NCBI GenBank assembly: GCA_028279655.1
Contig: JANQNH010000001.1
Location: 17,484 to 81,483 of the forward strand
Direction: 5' to 3'
Origin: Candidatus Nanoarchaeia archaeon
GTDB taxonomy: Archaea; Nanobdellota; Nanobdellia; Woesearchaeales; JACPBV01
DNA: 64,000 bases
The notes beneath the pieces were generated by a model, which made no database searches, was not told the DNA's origin, and was given only the letters and a program-made list of their open reading frames with translations. Made by a program: the position numbers and the translations under genes. Shown one piece after another: positions 40,758-49,456 of this stretch (position 1 is the first letter of the stretch; every line of letters starts with the position of its first letter).

Positions 40758-40952
40758 TCAGGAATTTTCTGTCAGTTTAAAACTGGTGGATAAGAGTCAA
40801 TCCTCATTTGGATTGTGGAAAATTCCTGAGCATGCTCAAGAACCACTGCCCCTTCAAATTCGAGATGAAGCCTTCGCTTCATTCCACCGGTTTCTGACAG
40901 GTGGTTCTTGACAATACGGTTCCCCCGTCATAAAATCTGTGTTTTATAGACG
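40758..40952 (-). promoter_or_regulatory. Long structured 5' leader (candidate cis-regulatory RNA)
   Basis: Three stem domains (12-bp, 11-bp and ~10-bp) between the TATA box (~40970-40980) and the RBS. Confidence 0.55.
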
Positions 40953-41027
40953 AGAATTAAAGACAGCTTATATATAAATGTTTCGTTTTGTCGACGGAAA
41001 AAAGGGTAATCAGTTGGTGGTGAAAAA

Positions 41028-41945
41028 TCACTTAAACCTTACTTTAGTAACCCTGTAGCCTCTTTCTTGGAGTTCAGCTTCAAATAAGAACCCTGATTTA
41101 TCTGTCAATCTTGTAATGTTAGTTCCTTGTAGGACAGACTTGTGCAGGAAGGCCCTGACCTTCTTTCCTTTTCCCCAAACATACCCATAACTCCTGTCTT
41201 GGGGCCAGTCCATATACATAACTTCATATTCTCTATGGGGTATATATCTTCTTTGGGTGTCATTTCTTAAGTCTCTTCTATACAGCTCTAGACTAGCACC
41301 GCCTATGCCTCTTCTAATATCATCGGTACTTATAATACCTGTGGGGTTTCCAAACTCCCATGCCATGTGATCTATGATTGTATCCGGATTGTCTGCATTC
41401 TGATAGACCTTTCTTTGCACCTGGCCAATCTGTGATTCATATCTTCTTCTCAACATCTCATCCCTCTTTTTTATCTTTTCATATGGTCCATGATTTTTTT
41501 TGTGTTTAGCTGCATACAACTGCATTACCTCTTTTACACCTCTTTGATTTAATCCTATGGAACCAGCATTACTTCTGCATCTTTTCATCCATTTTGTAAT
41601 ATCATCTATGGTTCTGGTGGTGTATATCTCCACAGAAGGGATGGCTGGGAGCCTAACATCCTGTTGGTCAATAGCGTTTGCACACTGCAGATATGGTATC
41701 TGCCATACGTTAACCAGCTGGAGGATGACTGATCTTTTTTCAGCCTCTTCAGCCATCTCCAGGAGTGTTACAAGTCCATCAGGACTTATGTGTCCTGTGC
41801 TACTAAGGTCTATGGTGAATAACGGAAACTGGGAATATCTTCTTGGTTCTTTAAGAAAGCTATTAAACACCCGTTTTTGTGATACAAGACGTTTTTTGCT
41901 TAATGTTGATCTTGCTTTCAATGTGTATTCGATTGTTCCTGGCAT
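41028..41945 (-). CDS. Hypothetical protein with STAS-like N-terminus and cold-shock-domain-like C-terminus
   Basis: IDLSSTGHISPDGLVTLL...LVNV; DW..DRSYGYV...AFLHKSVLQG...GYRVTKV. Confidence 0.6.
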   Translation of the reverse strand: MPGTIEYTLKARSTLSKKRLVSQKRVFNSFLKEPRRYSQFPLFTIDLSSTGHISPDGLVTLLEMAEEAEKRSVILQLVNVWQIPYLQCANAIDQQDVRLPAIPSVEIYTTRTIDDITKWMKRCRSNAGSIGLNQRGVKEVMQLYAAKHKKNHGPYEKIKKRDEMLRRRYESQIGQVQRKVYQNADNPDTIIDHMAWEFGNPTGIISTDDIRRGIGGASLELYRRDLRNDTQRRYIPHREYEVMYMDWPQDRSYGYVWGKGKKVRAFLHKSVLQGTNITRLTDKSGFLFEAELQERGYRVTKVRFK

Positions 41946-42010
41946 TTTCCTACCTACTTATCTGAGAATCTTTTTCGAACCTATATTGGGATGCTGTTTA
42001 AAAACCTTTC

Positions 42011-43306
42011 TTAGAATTCATCCAATCCTTTCTGTTCGAACTTTGGCTTGTGGGTTTCAAAAGAATCTGGAGATTCTTCCTGAATAGTATCTTTTTCCAG
42101 CTTGCCTGCCTTTGGGAATAATGGCTTTCCGTATTCACCATCAAATCCTGGTTGTATTGTAATCTTTCCCTCCCTGTTCTTGATGATTGCGTCTGCTATC
42201 TGAGCACCTGCTATCTTTGTCAGTTCTTCTTTCTCTGCATCCAACATTATGTTAAATTCATCCTTGAATTTTTCCAAAAGGTCGTTGTATATCTTCCATG
42301 TCTTCTTGGAGGCGATTGGAGATCCTATCAATGTCGATATGATCTCTGATAAGGGGATTAATGAGGTGAATGGTTTTGCCTCTTTTGGCCTGAAACCAAC
42401 TTCACGGTCTGCCAGTTCTTCCACCCTATGCAATACTCCTATGGTAAGGTTTCTTCCACACTTGGGACATATGTTCTTGACCCTTATAGAGTCCTTTGGG
42501 TTCATACATATCTTACAATTCCTGTGTCCATCAAAGTGATATTTCCCATAGTTTGGATCTACTTCAATTGTACCTTCTAATCCTTCCTTGGTTCTTATGG
42601 CCTTGATTATGTTCTTGTATGTCAATTGGCTTAGGTCGAATATGGTTGCCTCTCTTCCTATCCTCCATGGCCAGAAGGAATGCAGATCTGAGGATGAGAC
42701 TAAAGAATACCTGTCAAGCTGGGATAATCGCCAGTTCATGGCTGGATCTGAGGACAGCCCAGTCTCTAGTGCATAGATATTCTTTGTCTGGTCCTTGAAG
42801 CACTCTTCAACGGAGTTGAATCCTGAGTTTGAGCCGAACAACGAGAACCATGGGGTCCATATGTGGGCAGGTATCACCTCAATATCCTGGTCAATCTTTT
42901 TCATGGATTCAGTAAACTCATCACAGGGTATCTTGAAGATAGGCCGGCCATCGTAATCTATCCTTCCTTTGGACTTTAGGTACTCTGTTATATGCTCTGC
43001 AATGTCAAAGCTTTTTGCCATGAGGACTATATGGACCCTTCGGCCTTTGTTGTCCTGTGAATATATCAAAGAAACCTCTGTCTGCAGTATGAAAGGAAAA
43101 TTATCCTTGGTCTTTGGAATCCCTGTTTCGTCTTCTGTCAATTGTTGTTTTAGTTCCTTTACCCATTCTGGATGGGTGAAATCTCCGGTGCCTAGCAGAC
43201 CGACGCCTTTTATCTTAGCATATTTTTCCAGGTTTTCAATGTTTAACTGTTTTGAGGTTGCTCTTGAGAACCGTGAGTGTATATGTAGATCAGATATCAG
43301 TTTCAT
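42011..43306 (-). CDS. endoQ: Endonuclease Q (PHP domain plus Zn finger)
   Basis: DLHIHSRFSRATS, GTGDFTHP, PAHIWTPWFS, ETGLSSD, GKYHFDGHRNC, CPKCG. Confidence 0.88.
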   Translation of the reverse strand: MKLISDLHIHSRFSRATSKQLNIENLEKYAKIKGVGLLGTGDFTHPEWVKELKQQLTEDETGIPKTKDNFPFILQTEVSLIYSQDNKGRRVHIVLMAKSFDIAEHITEYLKSKGRIDYDGRPIFKIPCDEFTESMKKIDQDIEVIPAHIWTPWFSLFGSNSGFNSVEECFKDQTKNIYALETGLSSDPAMNWRLSQLDRYSLVSSSDLHSFWPWRIGREATIFDLSQLTYKNIIKAIRTKEGLEGTIEVDPNYGKYHFDGHRNCKICMNPKDSIRVKNICPKCGRNLTIGVLHRVEELADREVGFRPKEAKPFTSLIPLSEIISTLIGSPIASKKTWKIYNDLLEKFKDEFNIMLDAEKEELTKIAGAQIADAIIKNREGKITIQPGFDGEYGKPLFPKAGKLEKDTIQEESPDSFETHKPKFEQKGLDEF

Positions 43307-43426
43307 GCCTAAAAGTGTTGAAAGTACATTTATAAAAACTTTGTTTTGTTATTTGGATTGTTTAATAACTATCTAGTAGTCATAATAGAAAAATTTATAT
43401 AGTCTGGTATATTTGTAGACTATAGT

Positions 43427-43954
43427 ATGGGGGTTAAAACTTTAGTTTTTTTAGTAGGTTTTATGATTCTGATTAGTGCCTGTTCTATGGATAAGACAAA
43501 GCCTATAATCTCTGAGCCTGGAGAGGAGGTTGTTGATTCCGGGGTAACTGATATCACAGGCAAGGCTGTTGATGATTTAACAGATGCTGAGGTTGAAGAA
43601 GATGCTGAGACTGATGAAATAGATATGGATGAACCTGACATAGATGAACCAGACCTAAATGAAAGTGAGGATGTTACCGGCGTACATACTGTGATAATAA
43701 AGGACCTTAAGTTAAACCCTAAGGAGCTGACTATCAAAAAGGGGGATACTGTGGTATGGGAGCACGAGGATACCTGGGAGGATGAAGGGTCCACAAGGCA
43801 TTATATCGCAGCACATACCAACGAATTCCGAAGTTCAATCCTGTTCTATGGAGATACCTTTGAGCATACTTTTGAAAATGAAGGCACTTTTACATATATC
43901 GATGTTCTGTATAAAGAGAGGAATGCTTTAAGGGGAAAGATAGTTGTTGAGTAA
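43427..43954 (+). CDS. Lipoprotein with cupredoxin-fold domain lacking Cu ligands
   Basis: ISAC lipobox; NPKELTIKKGDTVVW...FEHTFENEGTFTYID. Confidence 0.75.
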   Translation: MGVKTLVFLVGFMILISACSMDKTKPIISEPGEEVVDSGVTDITGKAVDDLTDAEVEEDAETDEIDMDEPDIDEPDLNESEDVTGVHTVIIKDLKLNPKELTIKKGDTVVWEHEDTWEDEGSTRHYIAAHTNEFRSSILFYGDTFEHTFENEGTFTYIDVLYKERNALRGKIVVE

Positions 43955-43994
43955 TCACAAGTTTTAAATATCCTATCTTTCTAATGGTGGGCAG

Positions 43995-44633
43995 ATGGCA
44001 GCAGACATAACAGGAGAGCTGAATTCTAGAGACCTTAAGGAATTTGGGAAGGACTTCGGAGAGGTAATGAGGGTATACTCTGGGATAAATAAAGAGTATG
44101 CTATGCCTGGGAAGGAGACTGACAGATATATCGATAGGTTTAGAGACGGGCTTAAAAAGTTTAACAAGAAGTATAAGAACCTGGTTATTAATCTTAGGGC
44201 AACAACAGAGAAGCTGAACCTGAGTATTTTTATAAAAGATGGGGGCGTTAAGGAGGTCTTTGCTAATGTTGCTTCTAAGCTAAACGGCCTTAAGGCTGTT
44301 GGGCTGAAGGACTTTGGAGAGGTTAAGGTTGAGGAACCAGAGTTCTCTGACGTTATCGAAAAAGTTAAGGATAGATTATTCATCTCCTATGTTGAGCAGT
44401 CAGAATCTTCGGTTTATCTGGAGCAGCGGAAGGATATGGTAGAGCTGCATGCTGATGAAGATATTGGGAATCCTAGTTCTCCTGGGTTTAAGATCCTTGG
44501 TTATTATGCAGTTAAGGATATGGGGAAATGTGACGTATATAGTATTTTGTCTGGGATAGGATTTATGGAGAGGCCTATCTTGGATAAGGTTAGAAGTATG
44601 CTGAAGAAGTTCAATCCGAGGATTGGAGAATGA
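43995..44633 (+). CDS. Hypothetical protein
   Basis: 212-aa ORF overlapping the antiporter start. Confidence 0.65.
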   Translation: MAADITGELNSRDLKEFGKDFGEVMRVYSGINKEYAMPGKETDRYIDRFRDGLKKFNKKYKNLVINLRATTEKLNLSIFIKDGGVKEVFANVASKLNGLKAVGLKDFGEVKVEEPEFSDVIEKVKDRLFISYVEQSESSVYLEQRKDMVELHADEDIGNPSSPGFKILGYYAVKDMGKCDVYSILSGIGFMERPILDKVRSMLKKFNPRIGE

Positions 44634-45652
44634 TCCCTTTATTTTTTGTTCTTATCGGAATAGCAGGACTTTATTTTGGGGCAGATTATGTTGTTGAGAG
44701 CGCGAAGAACATCGCTGAGAAGCTTAAAATCTCCCATACTCTTGTTGGGCTTACTATAATCTCCATAGGAACATCCATCCCTGAGATAATGACTAACTTA
44801 GTTAGTGGGCTTAAGATTAGGCAGGGGATAGATGCTTCTGGTATCGCTGTTGGGACTAATATCGGTTCTGACGTTACGCAGATCACTTTTATCCTAGGAC
44901 TTACTGCCTTGTTTGGCACGATGTATGCTTCAAAGAAGCTGTTTAGGAGGGATGGTCCCATGGTTTTGTTTTCCATAATAGCTGTCTTTATTGCAGGGAT
45001 TACAGGCTTTGTAGTTGGGTTTTGGGAGGGCCTGGTAATGTTGCTCATATATTTTGCATATCTTTATTTTACCAGCGAGCACGAAAGGGTGATTGGAAAG
45101 ATTTATGATAAATTGACTGACTGGAGCAAGATTGATAAGCGAAGATACATAAGGAGTGTTCTGGAAAGGGCCTTCAAAAGGGGGTATATTGCCGATGCTG
45201 TACTTATGACTTTGGGGATGATCATATTGGTTTTTGCTTCTGACCTGGTGGTTGGGAGTGCCCTGGAGCTTACAGAGGTCTGGGGAGTTGCACAGAGTTT
45301 TGTTGGGGTGATGGTGGTTGGTGTTGGCACTGGATTGCCTGAGCTTTCAACTGCTATCAGGGCAGCATTCAAGAATGCAGGCGGTATCTCTCTAGGAACT
45401 CTGATCGGAAGCAATATCACAGATCCCATGTTCGCTCTTCCTGTAGGGGCTATGGCTGCAGGAGTTGGACTGAACTTTGACAGGAATCTTCTTTTGTTTG
45501 ATCTCCCCTTTTGGTTTATTGTAACGATCATAGCTCTGACATTCTTTGCAGTTAATAAGAAAGTAGGAAAGGAGAATAAGGTTCATGGTTCGGTGTTGAT
45601 CATGCTATATATACTATTTGTGTTCCTTAAGATCAGATTCTTCCTGCATTAA
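44630..45652 (+). CDS. Ca2+/Na+ antiporter (CaCA family)
   Basis: Alpha repeats GTSIPE...GTNIGS and GTGLPE...LIGSN. Confidence 0.9.
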   Translation: MIPLFFVLIGIAGLYFGADYVVESAKNIAEKLKISHTLVGLTIISIGTSIPEIMTNLVSGLKIRQGIDASGIAVGTNIGSDVTQITFILGLTALFGTMYASKKLFRRDGPMVLFSIIAVFIAGITGFVVGFWEGLVMLLIYFAYLYFTSEHERVIGKIYDKLTDWSKIDKRRYIRSVLERAFKRGYIADAVLMTLGMIILVFASDLVVGSALELTEVWGVAQSFVGVMVVGVGTGLPELSTAIRAAFKNAGGISLGTLIGSNITDPMFALPVGAMAAGVGLNFDRNLLLFDLPFWFIVTIIALTFFAVNKKVGKENKVHGSVLIMLYILFVFLKIRFFLH

Positions 45653-45771
45653 TTTGTTAATTCTCTTGAAAAAAGCAGTAACTTTATAAATAACCTGTAG
45701 TTTTACTAGTATAAAAAAGACAATCTCACATTTTTTCTCATAGATATCAATGTGGGTTTAAAGTATATAAA

Positions 45772-46845
45772 ATGAACATCGGAATACCAAAAGAAACAAA
45801 GATGGGAGAGTTTAGGGTATCTCTGATACCAGATCATGTTAGATTATTGACTAAGGCTGGTCATATGGTTTTTGTTGAGAAGGATGCTGGTAAGAGGTGC
45901 AAGTTCTCCAACAGGGATTATGAGAAAGCAGGTGCTGTAATCGTTGATGATGTTTATGATTGTGAGATGATTGTCAGGGTAAAGGAGCCTCCACTGGCTA
46001 CAATAAAGAAGAACCAGGTAATAATGGGTTATCTGCATATAGAGAAAGGTCAAAACCTGGTATTATTGAACAAATTCCTTGATCAGAACTCTACAACTTA
46101 TGCTTATGAAGAGATAAGGGACGATAAGAGCAATAGATTGGTAAATCTTGGAGTAGAAGCAGGCATAGTTGGCATGTATGAAGGATTACGTTTGTATGGA
46201 AAAACCCTTGAGAAGAATGGGGGGATGAACAGGTTTAAGAAACTGAAGCCTATAAAGACCTATTTCTGTATCGAGGATGTCTATAAGGCGCTTAAGGAAG
46301 CCCATGTCCATAATAATGTCAATGTATATATATTTGGGAAAGGAAGGGTAAGTACTGGAGCACAGAAGGTCCTTTCTTATACAGATATCAAACCGCAGGT
46401 CCTATATAGAGACAGGACATCTTATGCAGAGGAATTTTTGCCAAAGGCAGACATCATACTTAACGCTGTTGACTGGTATCCTGATGAGCCCAGGATAATA
46501 ACAAAGAATATGCTTAAGCTGATGAAGAGATCTGCAGTGATTGTTGATATATCCTGCGATGAGAACGGTTCTATAGAAAGCTGCATACCAACAACATGGC
46601 AGAAGCCCATCTATGTTTTTAACGGAATCACCCATTTCTGTGTTGATAACCTTCCTTCTGCTGTCCCTAGAGATTCTTCAATCCATCTGAGTTCTATGAT
46701 AATACCTCATGTCCTTAAGGTTGCTAATGGCGAAGAGCTTGCTACCGGCCTTATGACAAAGAACGGTATCTTTGAGTATGCTAAGAATAATGAGCATTCA
46801 GAGATCTTTGAGGAGATCCTGGCTCCTGTCCAGGATAGCGCTTGA
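45772..46845 (+). CDS. AlaDH/PNT-fold oxidoreductase (alanine dehydrogenase, saccharopine dehydrogenase or N5-carboxyethyl-ornithine synthase-like)
   Basis: IGIPKETK..EFRV, RVKEP, GKGRVSTGA, IVDISCD, CVDNLPSAVP. Confidence 0.75.
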   Translation: MNIGIPKETKMGEFRVSLIPDHVRLLTKAGHMVFVEKDAGKRCKFSNRDYEKAGAVIVDDVYDCEMIVRVKEPPLATIKKNQVIMGYLHIEKGQNLVLLNKFLDQNSTTYAYEEIRDDKSNRLVNLGVEAGIVGMYEGLRLYGKTLEKNGGMNRFKKLKPIKTYFCIEDVYKALKEAHVHNNVNVYIFGKGRVSTGAQKVLSYTDIKPQVLYRDRTSYAEEFLPKADIILNAVDWYPDEPRIITKNMLKLMKRSAVIVDISCDENGSIESCIPTTWQKPIYVFNGITHFCVDNLPSAVPRDSSIHLSSMIIPHVLKVANGEELATGLMTKNGIFEYAKNNEHSEIFEEILAPVQDSA

Positions 46846-46946
46846 TTTTTTTACAATAGTTTTTAAGAATTGGAAATTCTTAAACCTTTATTATTTCGCT
46901 TCTCTTAATAAGAAAGTTTATATATTTCTGGTGTTTATTTTGATTT

Positions 46947-47687
46947 ATGGCTAAAGGAAATGCTAAAGAAAAAGCAGCACCCCATTTAGTAAATGCTGAG
47001 GAAGAGGTAGGCTCTACTCCAGTAAATGCTAAGGGGGAAGGAGCACGTATTCTAATTGTAGATAATGAAAGTAAATATATGGCGGACTTGAAGACGACTG
47101 TTGAAGCTCATGCTGAAGCAAATGCTAATGGAAAAGTCAAGGTTGATAAAGTTCATGTTAAGGATGCTATAGGTAAACTAAAAGATGAGGCGCCTTATGA
47201 TGCGGTTATATTATCTGGAAGTTTTAAAAGAAGATATGATAATGAAGATGTCCAGAATGTTATTAAATTTGTTGATGATTACAATAAAGGCAAGAATGCT
47301 CCTGACAAAAAAATTCCTGATCAAAAGATAGATCTATATGGTGCTTGTCTGGGGCATCAGGCTTTGATCCATTATCATGGTAAGGGACAAGCTGAATTTG
47401 TTGAACTAGGGAAATATATCAAAGGGGATAAGGACATAACCCTTAAAGATAAGAGTATGGTAAAATCCCATAAACATCATAAGCACGCTTTTAAAAGTGC
47501 CCCTAATCTAGAGATAATAGCAACTAGTTCAGTAGAGGATTCTGGAGGTACATCTCATGATATAGTTGAAGCTGTAGAACATAAAGATATGCCATACTCT
47601 TCTTCTCAGGGTCATGCCTCAAGACCCGGACATGCTCAAGATATGCTGTATAAGATGTTGCTTAAGGTTTACCAGAAAGCAGCTTAA
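46947..47687 (+). CDS. Class I glutamine amidotransferase-like protein, divergent
   Basis: ILIVDN, VILSGS, GACLGHQ; QGHAS replaces the usual QFHPE. Confidence 0.7.
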   Translation: MAKGNAKEKAAPHLVNAEEEVGSTPVNAKGEGARILIVDNESKYMADLKTTVEAHAEANANGKVKVDKVHVKDAIGKLKDEAPYDAVILSGSFKRRYDNEDVQNVIKFVDDYNKGKNAPDKKIPDQKIDLYGACLGHQALIHYHGKGQAEFVELGKYIKGDKDITLKDKSMVKSHKHHKHAFKSAPNLEIIATSSVEDSGGTSHDIVEAVEHKDMPYSSSQGHASRPGHAQDMLYKMLLKVYQKAA

Positions 47688-49201
47688 ACCTCTTTTACCA
47701 TCTTAACTGTAAAATGCCTGAATCCCATCTTGTCGTATAGTTTTATTGCAGCTTTGTTGTCCATGTGTATCTCTAATGATACATGAGGCACCTTATTTGA
47801 CTTAAGCCATTCTAATGCGCTCTTTACAAGATTCTCTGCTACTCCTTTTTTCCTGTGTTCCTTGTCAACAAATAGGTTGCTGATGTGGCCTTTTCCTTCT
47901 TTGTGATACCTTGAGATCCTCAGAGGGGTAAAGAATTTTGCAAGGATAGCCCCCACTATCTTGTTTCTATCTTCTGCTACAAACAGGATCCTGTCTGGTT
48001 TTGTAAGATCAAACTGAAGGTATTCCCTGTAGTAATGTTTGCTTTTGGTAATCGGTTTAAGGGTATTTGAGTATTTCAGCTCCTCTTTTTTTGACATAAG
48101 CCTTAGCTTGAAGAGCTCGTCAAAGTCATCTATTGTCGCTTTCCTTATGGCTATGTTATCTCCATAGTTATCTATAATGTCTTTTATGAAGTATCTGCTT
48201 AGGTTGTATCTTCTCACTCTTGGGAATCCTGGAAATGCATTGATCTCTATGAACTCTGCCTTCTTCTTGTCAGCACAGAGCATCATGTCAACCCCTCCAA
48301 AGTTCAGGCCTAATGCTTTTATCGCCTTAATGGCGCTTTGTTTGGCAAATTCCAGCTGTTTTTTTGGAAGGGTTTTTTCAAAGCTTAGTTTCTCTCCTAT
48401 GGCGCCCTGGGATATGTTTGTTGTAACTGCTTTTTCGTCATTACTCCTTCCATAGGTGTAAAGGACTTTGTCCTTAAAGACATACATCCTAAGGTCAAAC
48501 TTTCTTCCTTTTATCAGCAACGGGTCAATGGCATCTTCTATTATGATGTCCTTCTTTAGGATCTCACTCAGGAATCTGGTCTTGTTTGTTATGTTAATAA
48601 AGGTCCAGCCATAGTCTGATTTTCTGCTTAGGATCTTTCCATTTCTGAACCTGAAATTCGTCATCCACCTGCCTTTCTCAAGATAGGTTATGCCTTTTCC
48701 CATGGAACCATATCTGACCTTAATGAAAAGTTTGCGTCCATTTTCCAGCAGCTTTAAGATATCCTTTACCTTTCTTGTATTGTATGTTTTTGGAATCAGG
48801 ACCCCTGCTTTTGCAACCTTCTTCTTGGTCATCTCCTTATCCCTGTCGGTTGCCAGATTCTTTGGGTGATTGATATAGGTTATCTTATTGTTTTTGTAAA
48901 AATTCTTCAGCTTACTATCTATCTCCTTCCAGAACTTAATGAATTTGGTGTAGAAGCTCTTGTTTCCATAGATGCCCTTGTATTTCTTTGGTTCAATATA
49001 TTTATCCCAATACTCAAAAGGGAAGCACAGGAATATTATGATCTCTTTTGTCTTTATCTCTGGGAGTTTTTGGTCTATTACAGACCAGTAATTTGTGGCT
49101 TTTACCTGGATGTTGCTTCCTCTGAAGAACTTTCTCTGCTTGTAGACCTTCTTGAAGGTGTCGAAGTCCTTCCAGTCTCCTATTGCCAATAGTGTTTTCA
49201 T
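47684..49201 (-). CDS. RimK-type ATP-grasp ligase fused to a C-terminal GNAT acetyltransferase
   Basis: KVRYGSMGKG, FDLRMYV, TTNISQG, GGVD, IEINAFPG; LFVDKEHRKKGVA, N.AAIKLYDKMGF; TATA before ATG 49201. Confidence 0.85.
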   Translation of the reverse strand: MKTLLAIGDWKDFDTFKKVYKQRKFFRGSNIQVKATNYWSVIDQKLPEIKTKEIIIFLCFPFEYWDKYIEPKKYKGIYGNKSFYTKFIKFWKEIDSKLKNFYKNNKITYINHPKNLATDRDKEMTKKKVAKAGVLIPKTYNTRKVKDILKLLENGRKLFIKVRYGSMGKGITYLEKGRWMTNFRFRNGKILSRKSDYGWTFINITNKTRFLSEILKKDIIIEDAIDPLLIKGRKFDLRMYVFKDKVLYTYGRSNDEKAVTTNISQGAIGEKLSFEKTLPKKQLEFAKQSAIKAIKALGLNFGGVDMMLCADKKKAEFIEINAFPGFPRVRRYNLSRYFIKDIIDNYGDNIAIRKATIDDFDELFKLRLMSKKEELKYSNTLKPITKSKHYYREYLQFDLTKPDRILFVAEDRNKIVGAILAKFFTPLRISRYHKEGKGHISNLFVDKEHRKKGVAENLVKSALEWLKSNKVPHVSLEIHMDNKAAIKLYDKMGFRHFTVKMVKEV

Positions 49202-49269
49202 ATTTTTCTCAAAATTATTGATACTTATAAAGTTTACTGTGTTAGTCCTTCTGATTGATATGTAAAAAG

Positions 49270-49390
49270 AAAAACCACCACCAATGGGCTCAAATACGGT
49301 CGTGCTTCGCACGCCCAACCCACAAAGGAAAAAACCATACGTTGTATGCTTTTTCCCTCTACACTCGTGTTTTCACCTATGGTTGTTTTT
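49270..49390 (-). ncRNA. Structured element copy B (homolog of 13081-13213)
   Basis: Shared TGAAAACACG..TG(A/T)AGAGGGAA..TTTCCTTT..CCGT(G/A)TTTGA core with covarying hairpins. Confidence 0.6.
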
Positions 49391-49456
49391 ATGAAATATA
49401 TTTTTTATACTACAAAGTTTTAAATAATAGTGATTTTTGATTGTTAATGGGAGAAA

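Noticed and set aside
40758-40952. SRP RNA, RNase P RNA or cobalamin riboswitch
   Set aside because: SRP helix-8, RNase P GAGGAAAGUCC and B12-box consensus motifs were not found
49202-49318. N-terminal extension of the RimK-GNAT ORF
   Set aside because: Overlaps the structured element; a TATA box supports the start at 49201
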